64,000 nt of DNA from the NCBI GenBank assembly GCA_963667015.2, contig CAXXJJ010000004.1:1408001-1472000 (forward strand), in the 5' to 3' direction. Of this stretch, positions 1-11,200 are shown in pieces (positions within the stretch are counted from its first letter, which is position 1; every line of letters begins with the position of its first letter). The notes beneath the pieces are model-generated. The model searched no databases and had not been told where the DNA came from. It saw only the letters and a list, made by a program, of their open reading frames with translations. The position numbers were made by a program, and so were the translations under genes. This stretch comes from Desulfatiglandales bacterium. GTDB lineage: Bacteria > Desulfobacterota > DSM-4660 > Desulfatiglandales > HGW-15.

Positions 1-505
1 TCTCTTTCCGGGCAAGAAGGCGATGAAGACCTGAAACCCCCACATCATTAATTATCTCAACTTCATTGCCCATAAACCCGGCTGTTATGGCGGCCTCTTC
101 TGCAACAGGGATGTCAGAGGTTCCTGCACATATTACCAGTATAGTGCCCCGGCCTGTAATTTCTACTGCGGTTTTACTCAGTGTAAGGGCCTTTGATCTT
201 TCATGGTATTTACTATCAGGAAATTTTTTAAGAATTTTTGCAGCCTTTTCATCAGAGAGTCTTGTAACAAGAATACGTTCATCCTTCCTGTACATCCTCT
301 TCATAATCTCAATAATATCTTCCGGTTTTTTCCCCTCTCCAAAGATTACTTCGGGTACGCCTTTCCTGAGTTCTCTATGGTGATCGATATTCGCAATCCC
401 GATATCCTCAAAGGGAAGATCTTTTAATTTATCTATTGCATTATCAACTGAAATTTTCTTGTCACTCAGGTCGGTCAATAATCTCTTAAGCTTTTTTTTA
501 TCCAA
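1..505 (-). CDS. larB: Nickel-pincer cofactor biosynthesis protein LarB (PurE-like), runs off the window start
   Basis: Manual translation from TTG at 505: MDKKKLKRLL...IANIDHHRELRKGVPEVIFGEGK...ICAGTSDIPVAEEAAITA...DVGVSGLHRLL, which are LarB motifs. Not in the ORF track because it is partial. Confidence 0.85.
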   Translation of the reverse strand, partial: MDKKKLKRLLTDLSDKKISVDNAIDKLKDLPFEDIGIANIDHHRELRKGVPEVIFGEGKKPEDIIEIMKRMYRKDERILVTRLSDEKAAKILKKFPDSKYHERSKALTLSKTAVEITGRGTILVICAGTSDIPVAEEAAITAGFMGNEVEIINDVGVSGLHRLLARKE

Positions 506-722
506 ACAGAGCCCCCTCTGATCTAATTTCCAACCTTATATAGGATATTACCTGTTCCGTATGCGCTCTCCACTGCGGTTTTAGTTATTGAGTAAGCGCC
601 TTTCCCTACCATTAGAATGTAGTAAGATAAATTAGCATATTTTTCATATAAAATACAATAATTTCGTATAATTAATATCATATTAATATCATCTTATTAA
701 GCAATATAGCCTACCTGAAATT

Positions 723-757
723 AAAAAGCCGCTCCGGAAAATTCCGGAACGGCTTTT
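723..757 (-). terminator. Probable intrinsic terminator downstream of fhs
   Basis: AAAAAGCCGCTCCGGAA/TTCCGGAACGGCTTTT hairpin with A/T tails. A second hairpin lies at about 801-827. Confidence 0.6.
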
Positions 758-838
758 AATATTAGTACTTTTATTTCGAAACAGTACAAAAATGAAAAAA
801 TATCCGGAAACAGAATGTTTCCGGATATTAAAAGCGAT

Positions 839-2614
839 TTAGAATACGCCTTCAACCTTACCTGTTTCAACATCAACATCAATACGCCTGAAAGCCGGGT
901 TTGAGCTTGTTCCGGGCATGAGTGATATTGTACCGGCAACAGGAACGATAAATCCTGCACCACCATATGTGAGAACTTCGCGTACAGTGAGTCTCCAGCC
1001 CTTTGGTACACCTTTAATTGCAGGATTGTCGGAAAGTGAAAGGTGGGTTTTAACCATACAGAGACCGAGTTTTGAGAGTTCAGGATCATCCTGGATTCTC
1101 TTGAGCTGTGCCTGTGCTTCACCTGAGAAATCAACACCATCAGCTCCATATACCTCTGTGGCAACCTTTTCAATTCTCTCTTTAACAGGCATGTCAAGTT
1201 CATAGAGGAATTTAAAATTGGTCTTTTCTTCACATGCTTCAACAACCGCATCTGCGAACTCAAGAGCACCGTCGCCGCCCTTTTCCCAGTGACGGGATAC
1301 TGCAACCTTGGCGCCGGCAGATTCTGCCATTTCGCGGACTTTCTTGATTTCATTGTCTGTATCTGTATAGAAGGCATTGATACATACAACCGGGCTGATT
1401 CCGGCCTTTTTAACATTATTAATGTGGTGGATAAGGTTTTCACAACCCTTTTCTACCCAGCCAACATTTTCACCTGAGTATTCTTCAGGCATTGCCTTAC
1501 CGGGAACAGGAACAGGTGCGCCGCCGTGGCACTTGAGAGCCCTGATTGTAGCTACAACGACTGCTGCATCAGGAGTCATACCGCTGAAACGACATTTCAG
1601 GTTCCAGAATTTTTCAAAACCGATGTCAGCACCAAAACCTGATTCGGTTACATGGTAGTCAGCCAGCTTAAGGCCGACCTGGTCAGCAATGATTGAGCTC
1701 TGTCCAATAGCGATATTGGCGAAAGGTCCTGCATGAACAAGAACAGGCTGGCCTTCCAGTGTCTGCATCAGGTTAGGATTAAGGGCATTAACCATCCATG
1801 CGGTCATTGCACCGGCGACTTCCAGGTCTTCTGTTGTAATAGCTTTACCCTTCTTGTCATAGGCAACAACTATTTTACCCATACGTTCGCGCATGTCTTT
1901 AAGGCTTGTGGCAACAGCAAGAATAGCCATAACTTCTGAAGAAACTGCGATTCCAAATTTTGACTTCATCATGAAACCGTCACGTTTGCCGTTAACGCCG
2001 TCAATACCGATTATGATATTTCTTAGAGCCTGGCAGCAGTAGTCTATGATCCATCCCATTTCTACGTTTGTGGGGTCAATATCCAGACGGGGCATCTTTG
2101 AAAGTCTTAAAAGCTGTTCGTCTGTATAGTTTCTTTCATGCTGCAGACGTGAAGTAAGAGCAACCATTGCCAGGTTATGTGCATTCATGATTGCATTGAT
2201 ATCACCTGTGAAACCAAGTGAGAACTCGGTAAGTGGAATACACTGAGCAAGACCGCCACCAGCTGCCGAACCCTTGATATTCATTGTAGGTCCGCCTGAG
2301 GGCTGACGGATAGCTGCTGATACGCTTTTTCCTCTTTTTCCAAGACCTTCAACAAGGCCCATTGTTGAGGTTGATTTTCCTTCGCCAAGAGGTGTGGGAG
2401 TAATGGCTGTAACATCAATATATTTACCGTTTGGTTTGTCACCCAGCCTGTCAAGTACTGCCCTGTAATCTACCTTTCCAAAGTAATGCCCCTGAGGTAG
2501 AAGCTCATCCTTTGTAAGACCAAAGGTCTCAGCAATCTCATAAACAGTCTTCATGTCCTTTTCTGCATCCTGGGCAATTTCCCAATCAGCATGTTTGGTT
2601 GGATCTAATGCCAT
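839..2614 (-). CDS. fhs: Formate--tetrahydrofolate ligase
   Basis: Motifs [47 protein letters not shown]. Confidence 0.97.
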   Translation of the reverse strand: MALDPTKHADWEIAQDAEKDMKTVYEIAETFGLTKDELLPQGHYFGKVDYRAVLDRLGDKPNGKYIDVTAITPTPLGEGKSTSTMGLVEGLGKRGKSVSAAIRQPSGGPTMNIKGSAAGGGLAQCIPLTEFSLGFTGDINAIMNAHNLAMVALTSRLQHERNYTDEQLLRLSKMPRLDIDPTNVEMGWIIDYCCQALRNIIIGIDGVNGKRDGFMMKSKFGIAVSSEVMAILAVATSLKDMRERMGKIVVAYDKKGKAITTEDLEVAGAMTAWMVNALNPNLMQTLEGQPVLVHAGPFANIAIGQSSIIADQVGLKLADYHVTESGFGADIGFEKFWNLKCRFSGMTPDAAVVVATIRALKCHGGAPVPVPGKAMPEEYSGENVGWVEKGCENLIHHINNVKKAGISPVVCINAFYTDTDNEIKKVREMAESAGAKVAVSRHWEKGGDGALEFADAVVEACEEKTNFKFLYELDMPVKERIEKVATEVYGADGVDFSGEAQAQLKRIQDDPELSKLGLCMVKTHLSLSDNPAIKGVPKGWRLTVREVLTYGGAGFIVPVAGTISLMPGTSSNPAFRRIDVDVETGKVEGVF

Positions 2615-2832
2615 AATTGTTTTGCTCCTTTCATTTTTTTACTCATATGTGAGTCATAATGGGTTGTTACTACACCGAAAATACGGCTATTAAATTTCAA
2701 GCTATCGCATAAAAGCGTAAAAACCTTATTCAGAAATAAAAATTTTCCTATAAATACAGATTGATGCCCTATGAATCAAGCAAAATTTTGGTTTTTCTGC
2801 TGTCAAAACAGCATTTTCGACAATATTCAAGA

Positions 2833-3675
2833 TTACACTCTTGAAATTTCAAGGCTCAGGTCAACAGCCTTTACCGAATGGGTCAAGGCTCCGATCGAGA
2901 TCATATCCACTCCGGTGGCGGCAACTTCTTTAATATTTTCAAGGGTTATTCCCCCTGAAGCCTCCAGAAGCGCCCTTCCTGCAACAAAATTTACCGCTTC
3001 TTTCATAAGGTCAGGAGACATATTATCAAGCAGAATAATATCTGCCCCCGCCTCTATTGCCGTTTTTACCCCTTTAAGGTCCTCCACCTCCACTTCCACC
3101 TTGATTCCATGGGGAGCATTTTTTCTGGCCGCCTCGACCGCTTTTTCAATTGACCCCGCAACGGCTATATGATTATCCTTGATAAGGACACCGTCAAAAA
3201 GACCAAACCTGTGATTTCTGCCTCCGCCCATGGGAACGGAATATTTATCCAGCAGCCTTAAGCCCGGAATGGTTTTTCTTGTATCCAGGATTTTAACCTT
3301 TCCAGGACCTGCTTCTGCGACATATTTACTCGTAAGGGTTGCAATACCGCTCATTCTCTGCATCAGGTTGAGGGCGGTTCTTTCGGCCTTTAAAATAGAG
3401 GCCATGGAACCGCTTATACTGCATATGATTTCTCCCTTTGAAGCTTTCTGACCATCCTCAAAGTAAGTCTCAAATGTAACAGCCGGATCAAGTATGGAAA
3501 AAACCCTCATGAATACAGGAAGCCCTGCAACTACTATATCTTCCCTTGTCTCCAGCACAGCTTTACCGATAATATCGTGGCCGATTATCGCATCTGTGGT
3601 CAGATCCCCGAGGCCCAGGTCTTCTTCCAGGGCATTTGTTATTATTTTATCCAGCAGGATAGAATTTTTAATCAT
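2833..3675 (-). CDS. nadC: Nicotinate-nucleotide pyrophosphorylase (quinolinate phosphoribosyltransferase)
   Basis: Motifs EDLGLGDLTT, DTRKTIPGLR, LIKDNHI, LLDNM, ASGGI. Start placed at ATG 3675, overlapping the valS end. Confidence 0.95.
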   Translation of the reverse strand: MIKNSILLDKIITNALEEDLGLGDLTTDAIIGHDIIGKAVLETREDIVVAGLPVFMRVFSILDPAVTFETYFEDGQKASKGEIICSISGSMASILKAERTALNLMQRMSGIATLTSKYVAEAGPGKVKILDTRKTIPGLRLLDKYSVPMGGGRNHRFGLFDGVLIKDNHIAVAGSIEKAVEAARKNAPHGIKVEVEVEDLKGVKTAIEAGADIILLDNMSPDLMKEAVNFVAGRALLEASGGITLENIKEVAATGVDMISIGALTHSVKAVDLSLEISRV

Positions 3676-6319
3676 CCATACCCTCAAAAAAGGAAAGATT
3701 TTCTTTCAGTTTATCCAGCTGGGTCTGTAACAGGGCAACCTTTTCCTTTACTTTCTCAATTACATCCTCTGGCGCCTTATCAAGAAACCCCCTGTTGGAG
3801 AGCTTCTTTTCTGACCCGTCTATTTCCTTTTGAACCTTGGCCATTTCCTTGTTTATGCGTCTTTTTTCTTCATTTAAATCAATAAGCCCCTTAAGGAGAA
3901 CATGAATCTGGTTGCCTTCAAAAACCGATGTCACAGATGCATCCGGTTTTGCCAGCTCTTTTTCGATCTCAGCATTTTCAACCCTCGCCAGACTTTTAAC
4001 ATAGCAGAGATTATCCAGTATAACCTGACGTTGTGCATCATCGGGCATTTCAACATGAATATCCATCTTTTTGGACGGATGAACGTTCATTTCTCCGCGG
4101 ATATTTCTTATGCCGTTAACTACACCCATAAATGCTGCCATATCGGTAACAGCAGATGGATCACTAATATAATCGGACAGGACCGGAAAATCAGCCTTCA
4201 TAATGCTCCCTTCCGCTCCCGGCAGCCTGCTCCAGATCTCCTCTGTTATAAAGGGCATAAAAGGATGCAGTATCCTGAGTATACCGGACAGAAGTTCTTT
4301 GAGAGTACACCTGACAGAAAGGTTTAATTTCTCATCATCACTGTAGAGCCATTCCTTTGCCATTTCAAGATACCAGTCGCAGAACTCATGCCACACAAAC
4401 TGGTAGGCAAGCCCTGCGGCATCATTGAAACGGTATTCATCAAGTGCAGTCGACACATCCCTGCTTACTTCGCCAAGGCGTGTCAATATCCATTTATCGG
4501 CAAGAGAAAGTGCTCTGGTGTTTTCACCTTCTTTCTCATCTCCCTTAAGATTGGTAAGAACAAGTCTTGCAGAATTCCAGATTTTGTTAGCAAAGTGCCT
4601 GTACCCCTCTATTCTTTCTTCCGAAAGCTTGATATCCCTGCCCTGTGCCGCAAAGGCCGCAAGGGTATACCTGAAGGAATCCGTGCCGTACTGGTCAATT
4701 ACGATAAGGGGGTCGATAACATTCCCCTTTGACTTGCTCATCTTTTTACCCTCTGCATCCCTTACAAGGGCGTGTATATATACATCCGAGAATGGAATAT
4801 CCTCCATGAAATGGAGCCCCATCATCATCATTCTGGCAACCCAGAAAAACAGTATGTCAAATCCGGTAACCAGCGCAGAGGTCGGGTAGAAAATATTCAG
4901 AGCTTCGGTATTGTCCGGCCAGCCAAGCGTTGAAAATGGCCATAGGGCAGAACTGAACCATGTATCAAGGACATCGGTTTCCTGCCTGATATCAGCGCTT
5001 TTACATGAAGAGCATTCGGTCGGAATTTCCTTTGAAACTGTAATCTCACCGCATTCATCGCAGTACCATGCAGGGATGCGGTGCCCCCACCATATCTGCC
5101 TTGATATGCACCAGTCCCTTATATTGTTCATCCAGTCAAAATAGACATTTTCCCATGTTTCGGGCATTATCTTTGTTTTGCCTGATTTGACTGCATCTAT
5201 GGCCTTTTCTGCAAGGGGTTCCGTTTTGACGAACCACTGTTTTGAAAGCAGTGGTTCTATCATGGTCTTGCAGCGATAGCAGTGACCGGTGGCATGCCTG
5301 TAGGGTTCCTTTTTTTCGAGCAGGCCGTCTTTTTCAAGGTCTTCCAGTATCCTTTCACGGCATTCAAACCTGTCCATCCCCTGGTATTTGCCGGCCAGCT
5401 CATTCATCCGGCCTTCTTCGTCAATAACCTTGACACGCTCAAGACCGTGTGTGTTTCCTACATTAAAGTCATTGGCATCATGGGCAGGAGTAATTTTAAG
5501 GGCACCTGTACCAAACTCCCTGTCAACATACCTGTCAAATATCACCGGGATTGACTTCCCAACAACAGGCAGAATAACGTGGTCGTCCGGGAGATCCGAA
5601 TATCTTTCATCTTCAGGGTTAACGGCTACAGCAGTATCACCCAGCAGTGTCTCCGGCCTTGTGGTTGCCACTACCAGGTATCTGTCACTGTTTTCGAATC
5701 TGTAGCGAAGGTGATAAAGAAAACTGTCGCGGTCCTCGTGTTCCACTTCAAGATCCGCAAGGGCGGTATGACATCTCGGGCACCAGTTTATAATGTAGTC
5801 ACCACGGTATATAAGACCTTCTTCATAGAGCCTTATAAAGACCTCCTTTACCGCCCTTGAAAGGCCCTCATCCATGGTAAATCTTTCTCTGCTCCAGTCA
5901 CAGGAACTGCCTAGCTTTTTAAGCTGGTTGATTATCATGCCCCCGTATTTTTCACGCCACTCCCAGACAAGTTCTATGAATTTTTCTCTGCCGACATCAT
6001 GCCGGCTTATGTTTTTTTTCATAAGGTCTTTTTCAACAACATTCTGTGTTGCTATTCCTGCATGGTCAGTGCCGGGCTGCCAGAGAACGTTAAACCCCTT
6101 CATCCTCTTGTATCTACATAAAATATCCTGAAGGGTATTGTTAAGGGCATGCCCCATGTGCAGCGTACCAGTGACATTTGGAGGAGGAATAACTATACAG
6201 AACGGTTCTTTTTCAGAAGGTACTTCGGCCTTAAAAAGCTCTTTTTCCAACCAGTATTCGTACCACTTATCTTCTACTTCCTTAGGCTCATAACCTTTTG
6301 CCATTGTTTCTTCAGGCAT
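3668..6319 (-). CDS. valS: Valine--tRNA ligase
   Basis: PPPNVTGTLHMGHA (HIGH), KMSKS, C-terminal coiled coil. Confidence 0.98.
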   Translation of the reverse strand: MPEETMAKGYEPKEVEDKWYEYWLEKELFKAEVPSEKEPFCIVIPPPNVTGTLHMGHALNNTLQDILCRYKRMKGFNVLWQPGTDHAGIATQNVVEKDLMKKNISRHDVGREKFIELVWEWREKYGGMIINQLKKLGSSCDWSRERFTMDEGLSRAVKEVFIRLYEEGLIYRGDYIINWCPRCHTALADLEVEHEDRDSFLYHLRYRFENSDRYLVVATTRPETLLGDTAVAVNPEDERYSDLPDDHVILPVVGKSIPVIFDRYVDREFGTGALKITPAHDANDFNVGNTHGLERVKVIDEEGRMNELAGKYQGMDRFECRERILEDLEKDGLLEKKEPYRHATGHCYRCKTMIEPLLSKQWFVKTEPLAEKAIDAVKSGKTKIMPETWENVYFDWMNNIRDWCISRQIWWGHRIPAWYCDECGEITVSKEIPTECSSCKSADIRQETDVLDTWFSSALWPFSTLGWPDNTEALNIFYPTSALVTGFDILFFWVARMMMMGLHFMEDIPFSDVYIHALVRDAEGKKMSKSKGNVIDPLIVIDQYGTDSFRYTLAAFAAQGRDIKLSEERIEGYRHFANKIWNSARLVLTNLKGDEKEGENTRALSLADKWILTRLGEVSRDVSTALDEYRFNDAAGLAYQFVWHEFCDWYLEMAKEWLYSDDEKLNLSVRCTLKELLSGILRILHPFMPFITEEIWSRLPGAEGSIMKADFPVLSDYISDPSAVTDMAAFMGVVNGIRNIRGEMNVHPSKKMDIHVEMPDDAQRQVILDNLCYVKSLARVENAEIEKELAKPDASVTSVFEGNQIHVLLKGLIDLNEEKRRINKEMAKVQKEIDGSEKKLSNRGFLDKAPEDVIEKVKEKVALLQTQLDKLKENLSFFEGMDD

Positions 6320-6360
6320 TATAAAACTCCTGCATTCTAATTATATAAACTATAGTTGAT

Positions 6361-6395
6361 AAAAAAGGGGTCGCGACAGCAGCAACCCCCTTTTT
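6361..6395. terminator. Terminator-like hairpin between the acidic-protein gene and valS
   Basis: AAAAAAGGGGTCGC...GCAACCCCCTTTTT. Confidence 0.55.
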
Positions 6396-6421
6396 GATAT
6401 AATAAAATTCAGTATTAAAAA

Positions 6422-7915
6422 TTATTCTGAATCAGATTCAAGGCTTTTCCTTAAACTGTCAATAGCTTCAGTGATTACTCTCTCGGCGACTTCTGTAAAC
6501 ACTTCTCTTGCAACCTTTTCTACCACCTCTCCGACAACATTTCGTACTATTTCCTCAACCTTTTCCTCGGATATTACAGGCACAGGAGGAGCTACTGAGG
6601 GGATATTCTCAACCGCCTCTTCAACAGAGGAAAGAGATTCTCCAGCATCAGGTTCTATCTCGGTATCTGTCTCATCAATGAGATCTTCATCGGATGGTGC
6701 TGAAATCTCTTCGACCGTGCTGACCTCTTCTGCCATTTCAGCGGAAAAATCATCAGAGACAGCACCCTCTTCATCAGGAACACTTCCTTCGGCTTCAGGA
6801 ATTTCCGAAAATAAATCCTCCGCGGTTTCAATGTCTTCAAGTGCATCATCGCCTGCATCGGAAACTTCATTAACAGCATCAGGCTGAACTTCATCAATAA
6901 TCGGTTCCCGGATATCCTCGGAATCGATTCCACTGTCACCGGTCTCTTCCTCAAAATCACTTTCTGAAAAAAGATCTTCAAGTGATTCTTCCATCAAAGG
7001 GGCTTCATCGGATGCAGTCAAGCCTTCGTCATAGCTCTCAACAAGGTCCTCTGTATCCAATTCCGGTGTTGATTCAATTTCTGAATCATTCTCAACCGAT
7101 TCTTCCATAACATTCTCGGACAAAAGATCTTCAAGTGATTCGTCGTCAAGTTGAATATCATCTATCTCTTCATCAGTTGTTTCACTCTGGAGATCGCCTT
7201 CCCAGAGAGCTTCTTCCTCTGATTCATCATCAGAAGAAACTATAGCCTTATTAAGCTCATTATCTAGTTCATCAAGAATTTCGTCGTCAGCACCTAAAAA
7301 ATCGTCATCAGATATTTCCTCTAAACCAAGGTCGCCAAGCAGGTCATCACGACCTTCAACAATTGTCGATTCCAGGCTTTCATTATCGGACGCGTCTTCC
7401 TGACTGGGTTCAGTACTTTCATCAAGAATATCTTCCATCTGAAGATCTAATCCTTCAGCATCAGCCAGATCTTCCAGTTCAGATGCATCAAGAAGTTCTT
7501 CGAGAGCGTTATCGGTGCTCTCGCTCTCCTCCGGTTCAAGGCCCAAATCACCCAGAGCGTCATCTGCAAAAAGCCGGTCAAGCTCATCAACAGAGGCTGG
7601 TTCAGAACTCTCACCCAGTTCAGGCGTATCCGAATCCTGCAGCAGATCATCAATATCAATATCTGATACTGAAAGGTCCATCGTACCGTCATCAGATAAC
7701 GCGGTTAAATCTTCTGTCTGATCATCCATGTTGTCATCTATCCCCAGAAGATCCTCATCACCCTGTTCCAGGAGATCAATGAGCTCTATAATATCTTCAT
7801 CAGGTTCTTCATTGACAGGCCCATCTATTTCATCCCCAGACAGCTCATCAAGACTAATATTCAGTAAATCATCATCGTCGATTTGATCATCAAACAGATT
7901 ATCATCCTTGTCCAT
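6422..7915 (-). CDS. Extremely acidic low-complexity protein with RomR/PopZ-like C-terminal helices
   Basis: 497 aa, D/E-rich throughout. C-terminus VEKVAREVFTEVAERVITEAIDSL. RBS AGGAG upstream. Confidence 0.75.
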   Translation of the reverse strand: MDKDDNLFDDQIDDDDLLNISLDELSGDEIDGPVNEEPDEDIIELIDLLEQGDEDLLGIDDNMDDQTEDLTALSDDGTMDLSVSDIDIDDLLQDSDTPELGESSEPASVDELDRLFADDALGDLGLEPEESESTDNALEELLDASELEDLADAEGLDLQMEDILDESTEPSQEDASDNESLESTIVEGRDDLLGDLGLEEISDDDFLGADDEILDELDNELNKAIVSSDDESEEEALWEGDLQSETTDEEIDDIQLDDESLEDLLSENVMEESVENDSEIESTPELDTEDLVESYDEGLTASDEAPLMEESLEDLFSESDFEEETGDSGIDSEDIREPIIDEVQPDAVNEVSDAGDDALEDIETAEDLFSEIPEAEGSVPDEEGAVSDDFSAEMAEEVSTVEEISAPSDEDLIDETDTEIEPDAGESLSSVEEAVENIPSVAPPVPVISEEKVEEIVRNVVGEVVEKVAREVFTEVAERVITEAIDSLRKSLESDSE

Positions 7916-8269
7916 AATTGAAGCTCCTATACAGGTAGGTACTTATGGTTAACATTCACGTCAGCCTGCCAGCAAACGAAAAATATGAATAAAAACAGCT
8001 ACAACTAGCAGGATTTGTTAGCATAAATCAAACAATACTGTCAAGATCATAAAGGCAGCCAGGAGGCATTACCGCCATTAATAATACACTCTATTGATAA
8101 GGCAAGATCAGGTATTCGATTACACTTTTATATTTAAATATATGTGTGATCCGGATTAGTGGATGCACAAAAATCTTTAATATTTAATCCCATATCTGCT
8201 ATAATTGATTTTTCTTTTCAGTTAGCGAGCTTTTAAAATTAATATTTTCTCCTTTCAGAGAGGCATAGT

Positions 8270-11200
8270 ATGCCATCCAAAGCCCTTGAAGTAAATATAA
8301 AAACGAGCAGGGTTGATGTTATAATACGTGAGGAATACTCTGTACTTCGTGAGGCAATGTCCAGGTATCCGGGGATTTTGGACAATCTTAAAATCTTTGT
8401 TACAGAATTATGTCATCCCTATAAAAACTGGGAGTTTATCGCAAAGGAAGCAAGGACCTATTCGCTTGATTATTTCCACCTGTTAAAGGAACATCCCGAA
8501 GGCCCGGAAGCAGCAAGACTTTTTATAGATATTTTCCTTCAAACCATCATGGAATCCCAGAACACCGCAGTAAATCAGGATGGTGCGGATAATCTTCTAA
8601 TTTATATTCAAAAAATAATCAAAGACTCGAAAGCAGACCTGCCCAGGTTTATCAGTGTAATAGGATATTCATTTGACAGGATATATTCTCTCGAAGAGAA
8701 ATATTTTTCCTTGTTTGTAAAAAGCTTCTATCAGATAAACAAGATTGCTTCATTGCTGGCCGAACAGCAGCTCCCTGCAGATTCTGTAAAAAGCATAAAT
8801 ACGCTCTTAAAGAAATATCTGAAGGAATCCTATGATTTCTGGGCACATCATAAGGACCCTATGGAGTGGTTCATATCCGAAGCGGCCATTCCCTCTTCTG
8901 ACACAGAAGCATTAAGAGAGATCTTTCGAACGGTTTCACATCAGGACCTGAAAAGATATCATGATACCCTGGCAAAATTAATAAACAAGTATAAAAACGA
9001 TGAAAACACGCTGCTGAAAGAATTGATTACACTTCCGGGGTACAGACAGATTGCAGACCAGTACAGGAAAATACCAAGACTGCTTTTTAAGAAGGGGGAA
9101 GAAACCGGTCACGGGCAATACTGGAAACTTATTTTCCTGTTTCATATTATGAATATGGACGGACTTTCGGTAATACATGAAGAAACATTGAGGGAGGTAA
9201 ACAGGACACTTACCCATCTTATAGATACTGAAAATCCAAAAAACCTGCAGCCTCTGATCCTGAAGACATTCAGGATACTTAAGGAAAGCGTAACCCTGTA
9301 TCCTGGAACCGCCCTTAACTGCATAGGCAACATGGGAACCGCTATCTATAAAACAGATGAAAGCGAATTGGTAGATTTCTTTCTTGAGTCTGTCATGGAT
9401 CTGGGATTTCAAACGCCTGATTTTAAAGGAGTTGGAAATGACTGGCAGGCAAAGGTAAACAGGGCTCATATCCAGAACATCAGGACCTGGCTCGAGATTA
9501 TTGAACTGAATCCTACCTGGTCCAAAAAATTATTGTCTTCCCTGATAATTTACCTTTCTGTAGGCGGTGTTTATATAAGAGACACGGATCTATTTCCTCG
9601 TGATATTACAAACCTGCTCAACAGCAGCATTGCAAATGTTTACAACCTGATAAAGCAGCTCACTCGATTGTTTCCGGCCTATTTCAATGAAATAGGTGCG
9701 GAAGGTAAGTTGAGAGATATTTCAACAAAGCTGGATGAAATCACATTCAGAAAAGATATTCTGGTTCATTTTGTACGCAAGCAGAGTCATGTTGAAAGCA
9801 GTAACAGGATTATAGGCCTGATAGAAACAATGCTGCACTTCTGGCTGACAAAGGAGAAGGATGGATTAAAGGATTTTCTTCCTCCAGATATATACGACCG
9901 GATAAAACCGGATAGCCCATATTTCGACGGAACTCATACACTGATAAACGATATCTTCAGGCGGAAAGGCCTGAAAAATATCAGAGAAATTCTTAACATT
10001 GATATTGATACACTCAGAGACACCTATAAAGGAAATGCCGAATTTAAATCGATTGATCTTGAAAGAATCGAACTCTCTTTCACGTTTTACAAACTTCTGG
10101 TTCAGAAATACTCCATTGATTATCTTGAGCTTGACAGCTATGTAAATCATCTTCAGCCAGGATATTTTTCTGAAATCAATCTACTAAAGGATGCACTCAG
10201 TGAAGAAGATACCTATCATAAAATATCAGGTCTTCTGACTTATCTGGAGAAACTCAGGGAAATAATCCTTTCCGCAGACCAGTATGAGATCAGGGAGGAT
10301 ATCTACCACAAACGTCATTTTACTGTGGATATCCCATCCATGTATGGCAGTTATCACGAAAGAAAGTTCGATTCACTTGGATTAACCTTCAGGCTTGAAT
10401 CATTGGTGAATACGCTTTTTGATGATCTGGTGGAAAATATCGATCTTGGATTAATCACCCGTGATACCATTTTTAAGATAAACGACTATCTGATTCTTTT
10501 TAACAGGGCATTGAGACTGGATGGAATTTTATCATCGGAAATAGAAAAACAGCTTGAACTTCTTAAACGTTCACTTGAAGTTAGAGGTTTTACATTTACA
10601 CAGTTTATCGATATTTTCAGGGGTTTTTCACAGGCGGTAAGTAATGTTGTAAACGACTATTTCAATGCCATCCACGAGCAGAACCTTTTTAAAATACTGA
10701 GCAACACACCGAGGGAATCTTTACTTTCCAAGTATCAGCCAAACAGCCTTTCCTTCAGCAGGGATAAGCTTGCGCACAGGGTTTCCGAAGTCTTTTTAAG
10801 AGAACGGATTGCCCTTGCTCTCGGGCTGCAGCAGCTTGATCTGTTCCTCAGCAGAATTATGAAGACACTTTTCAGGCAGGCCGATGAACTGCCCAAAGAC
10901 AAACTTCATCTGCTTTTGAATTATGATCCTCAAAAGGCTATCTCACCCATAGTATCATCAAACCGTCTGGTGTCAGGCGTAATACACCTGGGCAATAAAG
11001 GTCTTAACCTGGTAAGCCTGCATAATAACGGCTTCAGGGTTCCGCCAGGTTTTATCATTACGACAGAGGTTTATAGATACTGGGATGTAATCCAGGGCTA
11101 CAAACCGGCAGAAAATAATTTTATAGCCCAGGTTGACAGGGAAATCGCTTCCATCGAAATACAGACGGGAAAGCGTTTCGGCAACCCTGGAAGTCCCCTC

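Noticed and set aside
671..692. ATTAATATCAT tandem repeat
   Set aside because: Two copies in AT-rich DNA; not distinguishable from chance or slippage.
721..1443. 240-aa ORF and the many other shadow ORFs in the track
   Set aside because: Alternate-frame or antisense overlaps of well-supported genes.
2615..2832. ZTP or THF riboswitch upstream of fhs
   Set aside because: Expected conserved motifs not seen; the region is AT-rich.
6320..6421. T-box leader for valS
   Set aside because: Only about 100 nt with one hairpin and no T-box motif.
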